64,000 bases of DNA from an uncultured Pelagibacteraceae bacterium (GTDB lineage: Bacteria > Pseudomonadota > Alphaproteobacteria > Pelagibacterales > AG-422-B15), in contig CACIQL010000004.1 of assembly GCA_902588785.1 (NCBI GenBank), positions 9,726-73,725 on the forward strand. Direction: 5' to 3'. A program made the translations under genes and the position numbers. Below are positions 31,713 through 41,372 of the stretch, one piece after another. The notes beneath the pieces are model-generated. The model had not been told where the DNA came from and did no database searches. It was given only the letters and a program-made list of their open reading frames with translations. Position 1 is the stretch's first letter. Each line of letters begins with the position of its first letter.

Positions 31713-32560
31713 CAAATTTTACTCAATTCTCTAGATCTTTTTGTTGCCTTGTTTACAGCTCTTTTAAGAAGACTTTTTAATCCTTTATTGGAAGCAAGGA
31801 TACTCAGCGCTGCTTCAGTGGTGCCTCCCTTACTTGTCACCTTTTTCTGTAAATCAGATGGCTTTTTTTGCCCGCTTAATAAAAGTAATATTGATCCTAA
31901 GAAAGTCTGTAAAACCATACTGTCCGAATTTTTAAACCCTGATTTATTAGCTATCTCAATGAGAGAATTTATAAAAAGATATATGTATGCTGGACCACTT
32001 CCAAAAATTGCAGTGAAATCATCAATTAAATCTTCTTTTTTGGTTTCACTGACTTGCCCCAATAAGGACATGAAATCAAAAATAGGTTTTTTTTGTTTTG
32101 TTTTTATTTTTCTCTCAAAATGTACAATTGTGGTACCCATATTAACAGATACAGGAGTATTAGTCATAGCTCTTACAATACCTGATGTTTTTTTGAAGAC
32201 TTTATTTAAATCTTTTATTTTTTTACCAGCAACTATGGAAACTATAATTGAATTACCAAGTCTATTATCTTTATCTAATCCATTTAGTGTTTTTAATTGA
32301 TTAGGCTTAACAGCAATAAGTGTGATTGTAGGTTGATAAAGATTATTAATTTTATCTATGCTATTTTTTATTTCAAAATTATTTAATCTTTTTAATTTTT
32401 TCAATTCACTTGACTGATTCTTTTCAATTACCACAATTTTTTTTGAGGAAATTCGGTGGTTAAATAATGACTTGATCACAGCAATCCCCATATTACCAGC
32501 ACCAATTATTAAAAATTTTTCTTTATTTAAACTACTTGCAGTGTTTTTTTTCTTCGGCAT
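31709..32560 (-). CDS. proC: Pyrroline-5-carboxylate reductase
   Basis: IGAGNMG, AVKP, RAMTNTP, GSGPAY and VTSKGGTT. Confidence 0.96.
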   Translation of the reverse strand: MPKKKNTASSLNKEKFLIIGAGNMGIAVIKSLFNHRISSKKIVVIEKNQSSELKKLKRLNNFEIKNSIDKINNLYQPTITLIAVKPNQLKTLNGLDKDNRLGNSIIVSIVAGKKIKDLNKVFKKTSGIVRAMTNTPVSVNMGTTIVHFERKIKTKQKKPIFDFMSLLGQVSETKKEDLIDDFTAIFGSGPAYIYLFINSLIEIANKSGFKNSDSMVLQTFLGSILLLLSGQKKPSDLQKKVTSKGGTTEAALSILASNKGLKSLLKRAVNKATKRSRELSKIC

Positions 32561-32681
32561 TATTTCTATCTTTTTTAAACTTTTTTATTGTTTTGTATTC
32601 ATCATCGATCGCTTGCGAAAGCTTAAAGCCTTGTGTAACAAAGTTAACAAATTTATTAATTAAAACTTTCCTTGTGATCAT
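32532..32681 (-). CDS. Putative 49-aa small protein upstream of proC
   Basis: ATG at 32681 to TAG at 32532: MITRKVLINKFVNFVTQGFKLSQAIDDEYKTIKKFKKDRNNAEEKKHCK. Fills the proC-lgt gap. Confidence 0.45.
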   Translation of the reverse strand: MITRKVLINKFVNFVTQGFKLSQAIDDEYKTIKKFKKDRNNAEEKKHCK

Positions 32682-32722
32682 AATTAGTGATAAGTATATT
32701 TTAAATATTATTCAAAATTAAC

Positions 32723-33535
32723 GTGATTTATCTTAGTTTTCCATCTATTAGTCCAGTTTTTTTTTCGATTGGTCCTCTTGATATCCGTTGGTACTCACTT
32801 GCGTATATTGTAGGATTTATATTTGCTTGGAGATACATTAAATATCTCGCTTCAAATAAAGCAGTTTCTCATAGTAATAGCATCAATGAAAAACTAATTG
32901 ATGATCTGATTTTTTATTCAATAATTGGATTAATTATAGGAGCACGATTGGGATATGTGATTTTCTATAATTATGATTATTACTCTGAAAATCTAATTGA
33001 GATATTACATCTTTGGCAAGGAGGTTTATCCTTTCACGGAGGTTTGCTTGGTATTGTTACAGCTGCCATAATAATTTCAAAGCTCTATAAAACCACTTTT
33101 TTTGAAATAAGCGATTTGATATGCGTATCAGCTCCTGTTGGAATATTTTTTGGCAGAATATCTAATTTTATAAATGGCGAATTATTTGGTAGACCTTCAA
33201 ATTTTCTTATTGGAATGAAATTTCCAAACGCTGACAACCAGTATCGTCATCCAAGTCAATTATATGAAGCTTTTTTAGAAGGACTTTTATTATTTATAAT
33301 TTTAAATTTTTTAATTTTTAAATTTAAAAAACTTAAAAACCCTGGAATAATTTCAGGCGTCTTTCTGATGCTTTATGGATTATTTCGATTTATTGTTGAA
33401 TTTACACGCGAGCCCGATATTCAATTAGGATTTGTATATCATTTTCTTACAATGGGCATGATATTATCTTTACCAATGTTTCTTGCTGGAATTTTAATTT
33501 TAGTAATTAAAAGCATTAAAAATGATACGAGATAA
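32723..33535 (+). CDS. lgt: Prolipoprotein diacylglyceryl transferase
   Basis: IRWYSLAY, GARLGYV, GGLSFHGG, GRISNFINGE, RHPSQLYE and EFTREPD. Confidence 0.98.
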   Translation: MIYLSFPSISPVFFSIGPLDIRWYSLAYIVGFIFAWRYIKYLASNKAVSHSNSINEKLIDDLIFYSIIGLIIGARLGYVIFYNYDYYSENLIEILHLWQGGLSFHGGLLGIVTAAIIISKLYKTTFFEISDLICVSAPVGIFFGRISNFINGELFGRPSNFLIGMKFPNADNQYRHPSQLYEAFLEGLLLFIILNFLIFKFKKLKNPGIISGVFLMLYGLFRFIVEFTREPDIQLGFVYHFLTMGMILSLPMFLAGILILVIKSIKNDTR

Positions 33536-34550
33536 AATTTACGATGCTTTAAAAGAAAGTGCATTTCTCTATCTAGATGATTTTATGAATATTTCATTAA
33601 GAGATGAAGAGTATGGATACTATACGTCTAACAAAGCTATAGGCAAAGATGGAGATTTTGTTACTGCACCTGAAATATCTCAAATGTTTGGTGAAATAAT
33701 TGCTGTAAAAATATTAAACCTCATTCATGCAAGAAAAATAAAAAAATTTAATTTAATTGAACTTGGACCAGGAAGAGGTGCTCTGATAAACGATATTACT
33801 AGAGTGCTCAATGCTTTATTAGATAAAGATGTCGAGTATACAATTCACTTTAATGAAATTAATAAATTCTATATTCAAAATCTAAAAAATAACTATCCCA
33901 ATTGTAAGATACATAAAAATTTCAATTCATATCCCAATGAATTTTCAGTAATAATTGCAAATGAGTTTTTTGATGCGATACCTACGCGCCAATTAATGAG
34001 TAGGAACGGAAATATTTATGAAACGGTTATTAAATTGGACCAAAAGGATAGCTTAAGATTTGACTTTATTGAGCCGAGACCAGATATTTCTAAATTTGTA
34101 AAAAATATGCAAGACCTTAAACATCTTGAGGTAATTGAATTTTCTCCTGAGACTAATTTAATCTTTCGGGAATTGATCAATTTCTTGCTTATGAATAATG
34201 GTTTTTTCTTACTAATTGATTATGGATATATTAATCTACCTAAGATAAGCACACTTCAGTCAATTAAATCAAATAAAAAAACTGATTTTCTTGATAACCC
34301 AGGTAATCAAGATATCACATATCATGTAGACTTTAATAACCTGCAAAATATTTTAGAAGAAAATGAAATTGATGACTTTATAATAAATACTCAATCAAAT
34401 TTCCTTCGGCAGAATGGAATTTTAGATCGAGCTAATATCTTAATTAAGAAAAACCCAAAGAAAGAAAAACAAATAAACGAACAGTTGGCAATACTTACCA
34501 AAAGAGAATATATGGGAAATTTATTTAAAGTTTTGGAAATTAATTTTTAA
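33522..34550 (+). CDS. SAM-dependent methyltransferase, MidA/NDUFAF7 family
   Basis: GYY...GDFVTAPEISQMFGE, ELGPGRG, ANEFFDA, IDYG and DITYHVDF. Confidence 0.93.
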   Translation: MIRDKIYDALKESAFLYLDDFMNISLRDEEYGYYTSNKAIGKDGDFVTAPEISQMFGEIIAVKILNLIHARKIKKFNLIELGPGRGALINDITRVLNALLDKDVEYTIHFNEINKFYIQNLKNNYPNCKIHKNFNSYPNEFSVIIANEFFDAIPTRQLMSRNGNIYETVIKLDQKDSLRFDFIEPRPDISKFVKNMQDLKHLEVIEFSPETNLIFRELINFLLMNNGFFLLIDYGYINLPKISTLQSIKSNKKTDFLDNPGNQDITYHVDFNNLQNILEENEIDDFIINTQSNFLRQNGILDRANILIKKNPKKEKQINEQLAILTKREYMGNLFKVLEINF

Positions 34551-35305
34551 TGTTTTTTACAAAAAATCTCTCAAATATAGATCATTGTTTTTTTTCAAGA
34601 TTGGGTGGTGTTTCACAAGGAAGATATAAATCATTAAATTGTGGAAAAGGATCAAAAGATGAGAATGGTGCTATTGAAGAAAATTTAGTCACTATTTCTA
34701 GATATTACGGTTTAAAAAAGTCTGATATTATTACTATGCATCAAACACACTCTTCTAATGCAATAGTTTTAGATAGCAGCAATAAGTCTGAAATTTTAAA
34801 ATGTGACGGGATTGTAACTAAAGAAAATAATAAAATCTTATCAGTATTAACGGCTGATTGTGCTCCATTATTATTTTATGAAGTGAAAAATCAAATAATA
34901 GGAGCTTGTCATGCAGGGTGGAAAGGTGCCTTGAATGGTATAATTCAAAATACAATTTTGCAAATAACCAAGCTGGGCGGAAAGAGAGATAATATACGCT
35001 GCAGTATTGGCCCATGTATAAAACAAAAATCCTATGAGGTAAGATTACCTTTTTACAAAAATTTTATTAAACAAGATCGAGATAATGCAAGATTTTTTCA
35101 AAAAAATCATAATAATAGATATCTGTTTTCGCTTACTGAATTCATTCTCAAGATACTTTCTGATGAGCAAATTACTAACCACGAGATTGTTGATGTCGAT
35201 ACTTTTAGCGAAGAAACATTATGTTTTAGCTATCGAAGAAACTATAAAAAAAATATAACCGATTATGGTAGAATGATTTCAACAATTGTTATAAAAGACA
35301 GATAA
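34550..35305 (+). CDS. pgeF: YfiH/PgeF family purine nucleoside phosphorylase-like / peptidoglycan editing factor
   Basis: SRLGGVS, QTHS, TADCAP, HAGWKG, IGPCI and FSYRR. Confidence 0.93.
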   Translation: MFFTKNLSNIDHCFFSRLGGVSQGRYKSLNCGKGSKDENGAIEENLVTISRYYGLKKSDIITMHQTHSSNAIVLDSSNKSEILKCDGIVTKENNKILSVLTADCAPLLFYEVKNQIIGACHAGWKGALNGIIQNTILQITKLGGKRDNIRCSIGPCIKQKSYEVRLPFYKNFIKQDRDNARFFQKNHNNRYLFSLTEFILKILSDEQITNHEIVDVDTFSEETLCFSYRRNYKKNITDYGRMISTIVIKDR

Positions 35306-35308
35306 ATT

Positions 35309-36244
35309 ATGAGAATTATTGCAGGAAACAGCAATTTACCTTTATCTAAGAGCGTCGCAGAATATCTTGGCGAAAACCTTACAAATGCTTCTATTACAAG
35401 ATTTGCTGATGATGAAGTTTATGTAGAAATTAAAGAGAACATTCGTGGTGAGGATGTATTTGTAATGGAGTCACTATCTTACCCAGCGAATGACAATATA
35501 ATGGAACTATTGGTGATGATAGATGCGCTGAAAAGAGCTTCAGCAAAAAGAATTACTGCTGTGATCCCTTATTATGGATATGCACGTCAAGATAGAAAAC
35601 CAGGGCCAAGAACCCCTATCTCTGCAAAATTAGTTGCGAATTTAATAACAACTGCTGGAGCAGATAGAGTACTTACTTTAGATCTTCATGCTGAACAGAT
35701 ACAGGGATTTTTTGACATACCAACAGATAATTTATTTGCAGGTCCAGTATTTTCAAAAGACATAAAAGAAAAATATGAAATTAGTAATCTAGTTGCAGTT
35801 TCTCCTGATATTGGTGGAGTTGTGAGGGCGAGAGCGATTGCAAACAAGATCGGAGCCTCAATTGCTATTGTTGATAAAAGAAGACCCAGAGCAGGTGAAA
35901 GTGAGGTAATGAATATAATTGGAGACGTAAAAGGAAAGGATTGTATTATTCTAGATGATATCATTGACTCAGCAGGAACAATTTGTAACGCAGCTGACAA
36001 AATTATAGATTTAGGAGCTAATAGTATCACTTCTTATGTTACTCACGGAGTTTTAACAGGTAAGGCCTTAGAAAAAATTAGTGCATCAAAATTGACTGAA
36101 CTAGTAATTACAGATTCAATCAATAATCAGGAAAAATTAAAAGCTTGTGAGAAAATTAGGTCGATTAGTATCTCAGATTTATTGGGCGAGGCAATTAAGA
36201 GGATATCCGAGGCGAGCTCAGTATCAAGTCTATTTGAATTTTAA
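35309..36244 (+). CDS. prs: Ribose-phosphate pyrophosphokinase
   Basis: [27 protein letters not shown] and DDIIDSAGT. Confidence 0.99.
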   Translation: MRIIAGNSNLPLSKSVAEYLGENLTNASITRFADDEVYVEIKENIRGEDVFVMESLSYPANDNIMELLVMIDALKRASAKRITAVIPYYGYARQDRKPGPRTPISAKLVANLITTAGADRVLTLDLHAEQIQGFFDIPTDNLFAGPVFSKDIKEKYEISNLVAVSPDIGGVVRARAIANKIGASIAIVDKRRPRAGESEVMNIIGDVKGKDCIILDDIIDSAGTICNAADKIIDLGANSITSYVTHGVLTGKALEKISASKLTELVITDSINNQEKLKACEKIRSISISDLLGEAIKRISEASSVSSLFEF

Positions 36245-36295
36245 TTTATATACTTGCCATATAGGTAATTTTAATTTAATACCAACTTCATCGTT

Positions 36296-36997
36296 ATGAG
36301 CAAAGAAAGTAATTTAAACGCTGAAATCAGGGATGGATCTGGTAAATCCGCTGTAAAAAAAGTACTAGCTGCAGGTAAGATTCCTTCAGTTATGTATGGT
36401 TTAGGTGAAAACCCTGTAAATATTTCATTAGATAAGATTACAGTTCAAAAAGAGATCAATTCTGGTGGTTTCCTAACTAGAATATTTTCACTTAACATTG
36501 ATGGAAAGAAAAGCTTAGCAATTCCAAGAGAGGTTCAATTTGATCCACTTTCCGATCAACCTATACACATTGATTTTTTAAGACTAGCTGCAGACTCAAA
36601 AATTACTCTAGACATTCCTACTAGGTTTATAAATGAAGAGTTATCACCTGGATTAAAACGAGGCGGTGTTCTAAATGTTAATAGACGTACTGTTCAACTA
36701 AGTTGCCCTGCTAATAATATACCTGAAGAGATAGTTTTCGATCTAGAGGGTTTAGAAATAGGTGACACAATCAGAATTTCGGCAGCAAATTTAGGTGATG
36801 GAATTTCTCCAACAATTAGTGATAGAGATTTCACTGTAGCGTCTGTTGCCGCACCTACTGTTGTAAAAGAACCTGAAGCCCCTGCAGAAGGTGAGGCTGC
36901 TGAAGGTGAAGCTACCGAGGGCGGTGCCGCAGCTGAAGATAAAAAAGATGCAGCTCCAGAGGCTGATAACAAAGAAGAAAACAAAGATAAAGAATAA
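36296..36997 (+). CDS. rplY: 50S ribosomal protein L25 / Ctc
   Basis: GKIPSVMYG, HIDFLR, SPGLKRGG and an acidic Ala/Glu tail. Confidence 0.97.
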   Translation: MSKESNLNAEIRDGSGKSAVKKVLAAGKIPSVMYGLGENPVNISLDKITVQKEINSGGFLTRIFSLNIDGKKSLAIPREVQFDPLSDQPIHIDFLRLAADSKITLDIPTRFINEELSPGLKRGGVLNVNRRTVQLSCPANNIPEEIVFDLEGLEIGDTIRISAANLGDGISPTISDRDFTVASVAAPTVVKEPEAPAEGEAAEGEATEGGAAAEDKKDAAPEADNKEENKDKE

Positions 36998-37042
36998 CAC
37001 TTTTTCTTTTACCTATTTTGATATTTATATATCTTCAATCAT

Positions 37043-37597
37043 ATGATTGCATTAATCGGATTAGGGAATCCTGGTACAAAGCATAAAAATAATAGACATA
37101 ATGTGGGCTATTTATTTATCGATCAACTTTTACAAGATAATGATGATGTAATGAGAGAAAAGAAATTTGATGGGGAGTTGGCATCGTTTCTTATTGGAAA
37201 GAAAAAAATATACACCTTTAAATCTAATGATTATATGAATGAGTGTGGTAAAAGTATTGCAACTTTCTTAAACTTTTTCAAAATTAAATCAAATTTAACT
37301 TATGTTATTCATGATGATCTAGATATCACTTTAGGAAAAATAAAAATCAAGTTGGGGGGTTCTTCCGCAGGTCATAATGGGCTCAAATCAATAGATAGTA
37401 AAATTGGAAAAAATTATAATAGAATAAGAATAGGTATAAATCATCCGGGTAATAAAGAAATGGTTAATAAGCATGTATTAAGTAATTTTAAAAAAAATGA
37501 GTTAGAAGTTATTAATGAATTAAATATAAAAATGTCTGAAAATATAAAAATATTAATGGATGGAGAAAAATCCAAATTTATTAATAATTTAAAATAA
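37043..37597 (+). CDS. pth: Peptidyl-tRNA hydrolase
   Basis: GLGNPG, NRHNVG, YMNECG, HDDLD and GHNGLKS. Confidence 0.98.
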   Translation: MIALIGLGNPGTKHKNNRHNVGYLFIDQLLQDNDDVMREKKFDGELASFLIGKKKIYTFKSNDYMNECGKSIATFLNFFKIKSNLTYVIHDDLDITLGKIKIKLGGSSAGHNGLKSIDSKIGKNYNRIRIGINHPGNKEMVNKHVLSNFKKNELEVINELNIKMSENIKILMDGEKSKFINNLK

Positions 37598-37603
37598 TCG
37601 ATC

Positions 37604-38692
37604 ATGGGATTTAAGTGTGGAATTGTTGGATTGCCAAATGTTGGGAAATCAACATTGTTCAATGCATTAACAAAGAAAATAGCCGCTGAAGCAGCAAACT
37701 ACCCTTTTTGTACCATTGAACCAAATGAGGGTACTGTAATAGTGCCTGATACAAGAGTAGAAATTCTATCAAATTTAGCAAAATCAAAAAAAACAATACC
37801 AACATCTCTTAGTTTTTACGATATAGCGGGTTTAGTTAAAGGTGCCTCTAAAGGAGAGGGACTCGGAAATAAATTTTTATCTCATATTAGAGAAGTAGAT
37901 GCAGTTATCCATGTAGTTCGCTGTTTTGAAGATACTAATATTACTCATGTAAACAATAAAATAGATCCTGTTGATGATATCGAAACGATAAATACTGAAT
38001 TAGTTCTATCCGACATCGAACAACTCGAAAAAATAAATAAAGGACTAGAAAAACTAGTAAAAAAAGGTGATAAAGAAGCTAAATTAAAAACAGAGGCTTT
38101 GAACCTTCTACTTAAACACTTGGAGTCAGGTCAGCCTGCTATTTTAATGCAGAATTTAAATGAAATCTTTATGCATATAAAAGAGTTCAACTTAATAACA
38201 ATCAAGCCAACAATTTACGTATGTAATGTTGATGAAAATTCAATAATTGACGGTAATGAACTAACTTTAAAAATTGAAAATTTTCTGAATTCTAAATTAA
38301 TTAAGATTTCAGCAGAAATTGAATCACAAATCTCGTCTTTAAATGAAGACGATCAAAAAGATTATCTTGAAAGTCTAGGATTAGATGAATCTGGATTGAA
38401 TAAGGTTATAAAAGCTGGATATTCGACTCTTAACTTAATTACTTATTTCACAGCTGGCGAACAAGAAACAAGGGCATGGACAATTGAAAATGGCACTACT
38501 GCACCAAAAGCAGCCGCAAAAATTCACACAGACTTTGAGAAAGGCTTCATTAGAGCTGAAACTATCTCATATAAAGATTATTTAGACTGTGAAGGAGAGT
38601 TAAAAGCGAAAGAACTTGGAAAGATGCGTAGCGAAGGTAAGGATTATATAGTACAAGATGGTGACGTAATGCATTTTTTATTTAATAATTAA
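37604..38692 (+). CDS. ychF: Ribosome-binding ATPase YchF
   Basis: GIVGLPNVGKST, NYPFCTIEPN, DIAGLV and IHTDFEKGFIRAE. Confidence 0.99.
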   Translation: MGFKCGIVGLPNVGKSTLFNALTKKIAAEAANYPFCTIEPNEGTVIVPDTRVEILSNLAKSKKTIPTSLSFYDIAGLVKGASKGEGLGNKFLSHIREVDAVIHVVRCFEDTNITHVNNKIDPVDDIETINTELVLSDIEQLEKINKGLEKLVKKGDKEAKLKTEALNLLLKHLESGQPAILMQNLNEIFMHIKEFNLITIKPTIYVCNVDENSIIDGNELTLKIENFLNSKLIKISAEIESQISSLNEDDQKDYLESLGLDESGLNKVIKAGYSTLNLITYFTAGEQETRAWTIENGTTAPKAAAKIHTDFEKGFIRAETISYKDYLDCEGELKAKELGKMRSEGKDYIVQDGDVMHFLFNN

Positions 38693-38694
38693 CC

Positions 38695-39141
38695 ATGGAC
38701 CATAAACTAGAATTTCCTACATATGAAGAAATGCATGAAAAAGCGGTTAAGCTTGCACATCTCATAAAAGAAAAAAATATTAAATTTGATAAAATGGTTG
38801 TTGTCTCTCGAGGTGGATTTGTACCTGCTTCAGTTGTCGCTTACACACTTGGAATTCAGGACGTAGATATTGTTTCCATACAAAGTTATATTCATAGAGA
38901 GGCTGGAAAAACAATTGTTCACAGAGCTCCAAAAACTGACGAGGTTGTGCTCGTCATAGATGATATTGTTGATAAAGGTGGTACCGCTAAAGCGCTAAAG
39001 GAGTACATGCCTAATATGCACTTAGCTGTAATATATGCGAAACCAAGAGGTTTGCCTCTAGCTGATACGTATGTCGAGGAAATTACACAAGAAACTTGGC
39101 CTGTCTTCCCCTGGGATGAGGAAGACAAAGCCAATCATTAA
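38695..39141 (+). CDS. gpt: Xanthine/guanine phosphoribosyltransferase-like
   Basis: VSRGG, VLVIDDIVDKGGTA PRPP motif, YAKP and WPVFPWD. Confidence 0.85.
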   Translation: MDHKLEFPTYEEMHEKAVKLAHLIKEKNIKFDKMVVVSRGGFVPASVVAYTLGIQDVDIVSIQSYIHREAGKTIVHRAPKTDEVVLVIDDIVDKGGTAKALKEYMPNMHLAVIYAKPRGLPLADTYVEEITQETWPVFPWDEEDKANH

Positions 39142-39146
39142 CTAAA

Positions 39147-40436
39147 CTAGAAGATAAAGTATAGTACCGATAATACTCCAATTACTATCGAACCAGCATT
39201 CAGGTCCTCATGTCTACCACTTAGTGCTTTAATTACAACATAAGCTATAAAACCAAGTGCAATCCCATGAGCAATACTAAATGTAAGAGGCATCAAAACT
39301 GCCGCTAATACTGCCGGAGCATATTCACTGACATCATCCCATTCTATATCCCTTAGGTTTTTCAAAAAGAATGTTGCAACAAACACTAGAGCTGGAGCAG
39401 TTGCAAATGCAGGAATACTTTGAGCTAATGGTGCTAAAAATAAACAGATTGCAAAAAGAACTGCCACAGCAACTGCTGTAAGTCCTGTTCGCCCACCTTC
39501 TTTAACGCCTGCTCCAGATTCAATGTATGATGTAGTATTGGAAGTTCCAACTAATGCACCTATTGTTGTAGCGGTGGAGTCTGCTAAAACTGCTCTGCCT
39601 ATCCCATCAACATTTCCGTCTTGGTCAACTTTACCAGTTAAATTAGCAACTGAAGTAAGAGTTCCGGCGGTATCGAAAAAGTCTACAAAAAGAAAAGCAA
39701 ATGCTACACCAATAAAACCTGCCGTTGCTACAAGGCTAAAGTCCATTGAGAACGCATGAACAGCTGGTGGGACTGATCCCACAACTCCATCAATTGCACT
39801 CACACCGCTTACCCAAGCAATAATACTTACTGCAAGTATACCTATGATGATCGATCCTGGAACACCGCGCTTATCTAAAATTGCCATAATTGCGAATCCG
39901 ACGGCAGCTAATATTACAGGCATTGAACTTACATCACCTAAACCAACTAAAGTTGCGGGATTATCAACAACCACACCAGCATTTTTTAATCCTATAATTG
40001 CTAAGAACAAGCCTATGCCCGCCCCTACACCAAACTTCATACTTTTTGGTATGCTATTTATTATCCACTGACGCGCTGGTGTTACAGATAAAATTAAAAA
40101 TACTATCCCTGCAATAAACACTGCGGCAAGAGCCTGCTGGTAAGTATAACCCATCCCAAATACAACTCCAAAAGCAAAGAAAGCGTTTAAGCCCATACCA
40201 GGCGCTAGGGCAATTGGCCAATTAGCCCATAGGCCCATTATTAAACAGCCAACTACAGCAGCAATGATTGTGGCAACAAATACACCGCCAAAATCCATAC
40301 CAGTTCCCTCAGTGGATAAGATGGCTGGATTAACGACAATAATATATGCCATTGTTAAGAACGTGGCTAAACCTGCCAGTAACTCAGTTTTTACACTGGT
40401 ACCGTTCTCTTTTAATTTAAAAATATTTTCTAACAT
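39147..40436 (-). CDS. NCS2-family purine permease (AzgA/PbuG-like)
   Basis: TFLTMAYIIVVNP, APGMGLNAFF, DFFDTAGT, YIESGAG and GGRTGL. Confidence 0.95.
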   Translation of the reverse strand: MLENIFKLKENGTSVKTELLAGLATFLTMAYIIVVNPAILSTEGTGMDFGGVFVATIIAAVVGCLIMGLWANWPIALAPGMGLNAFFAFGVVFGMGYTYQQALAAVFIAGIVFLILSVTPARQWIINSIPKSMKFGVGAGIGLFLAIIGLKNAGVVVDNPATLVGLGDVSSMPVILAAVGFAIMAILDKRGVPGSIIIGILAVSIIAWVSGVSAIDGVVGSVPPAVHAFSMDFSLVATAGFIGVAFAFLFVDFFDTAGTLTSVANLTGKVDQDGNVDGIGRAVLADSTATTIGALVGTSNTTSYIESGAGVKEGGRTGLTAVAVAVLFAICLFLAPLAQSIPAFATAPALVFVATFFLKNLRDIEWDDVSEYAPAVLAAVLMPLTFSIAHGIALGFIAYVVIKALSGRHEDLNAGSIVIGVLSVLYFIF

Positions 40437-40508
40437 TCAATTCCTCCGTTTAGTAAGAGTTTAATTTACATTACCAAAATGAAGTAATCGAGTTCGATAA
40501 AATGTTTC

Positions 40509-40517
40509 TGTGGATAA
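40509..40517 (-). promoter_or_regulatory. Perfect DnaA box (TTATCCACA)
   Basis: TGTGGATAA on the + strand in the petC-permease intergenic region. Confidence 0.45.
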
Positions 40518-40550
40518 GGATATTAATAATTTACTTAAAATTATTTTTTT

Positions 40551-40573
40551 AAATAATTGAAAATCAATTATTT
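40551..40573 (-). terminator. Inverted repeat after petC, possible terminator
   Basis: AAATAATTGA-AAA-TCAATTATTT, 12 bp past the petC stop. AT-rich and weak. Confidence 0.4.
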
Positions 40574-40585
40574 TTAGGAAATCGA

Positions 40586-41362
40586 CTAATGTGTATCTTT
40601 CCAAATTTGTCTATTAGTGAAGTAGAGCAATACAGAAAGAATTAATAAGTATGAAATTACCTTGAATCCGATTCTTTTTCTCGCCTCTAGCTTTGGTTCT
40701 GCTGCCCATGTAAGAAACATTGTAACGTCACGTGCCATTTGTTCTGGCGATGCAGTTGTTCCATCTGTGTAAACTACAGCATCCTCATACAATACTTGAG
40801 GCATCGCTATTTTTTGGCCTTTTGCATACTCGTTGTAATAAACACCATCATCGAGTTTAATATCACTTGGCGCATCAACATAACCCAACAATAAAGAGTA
40901 CAAATAGTCTGCTCCACCATGTCGTGCTTTAACCATTACAGATAAATCTGGCGGATAAGCTCCGCCGTTTGCAGCTCTTCCTTGTTGTTCATTCTCATAT
41001 GGGCTAACAAACTTGTCAGATAATATTGCAGGACGCATTTCAACTTCTCCATCGGCATTTGGAGCAGCTTTTACTTCAAATGCTGCAGCCATTGCTTTAG
41101 CTTGAGACTCGCTGAATTCAGGGCCACCCTCTTCTATTAGATTTCTATAACTTAAAAGGTTCATTGAATGACATCCTGAACAGACTTCGGTATAGACTTG
41201 GTAACCTCTTTGAAGCGACGCTCTCTCAAATTTTCCTAATGGTCCTTCAAATGACCAATCAGGATGCATAGGCTCTTTCATTTCACCAGCAGCATGTAAT
41301 TGAGTGAAGCTAAAGCTCAGTAGCAATGAGAAAGATACAAATAAATTTATAATAAATTTCAT
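40586..41362 (-). CDS. petC: Cytochrome c1
   Basis: RGYQVYTEVCSGCHS (CxxCH), PPDLS, IAMP and a C-terminal TM helix. Confidence 0.98.
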   Translation of the reverse strand: MKFIINLFVSFSLLLSFSFTQLHAAGEMKEPMHPDWSFEGPLGKFERASLQRGYQVYTEVCSGCHSMNLLSYRNLIEEGGPEFSESQAKAMAAAFEVKAAPNADGEVEMRPAILSDKFVSPYENEQQGRAANGGAYPPDLSVMVKARHGGADYLYSLLLGYVDAPSDIKLDDGVYYNEYAKGQKIAMPQVLYEDAVVYTDGTTASPEQMARDVTMFLTWAAEPKLEARKRIGFKVISYLLILSVLLYFTNRQIWKDTH

Positions 41363-41372
41363 ATATCAATAG

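Noticed and set aside
31749-32300. 183-aa plus-strand ORF, and similar ones at 23083-23532, 53299-53778 and 60588-61115
   Set aside because: They lie entirely antisense to well-supported core genes (proC, uvrB, ETF-QO, smc) and have no motifs.
36870-36997. GC-richer short repeats (GAAGGTGA...) at the end of rplY
   Set aside because: They encode the normal low-complexity Ala/Glu tail of Ctc-type L25.
40437-40585. Purine riboswitch or replication origin upstream of the NCS2 permease
   Set aside because: No purine aptamer core is visible; only one perfect intergenic DnaA box and no origin-type gene context.
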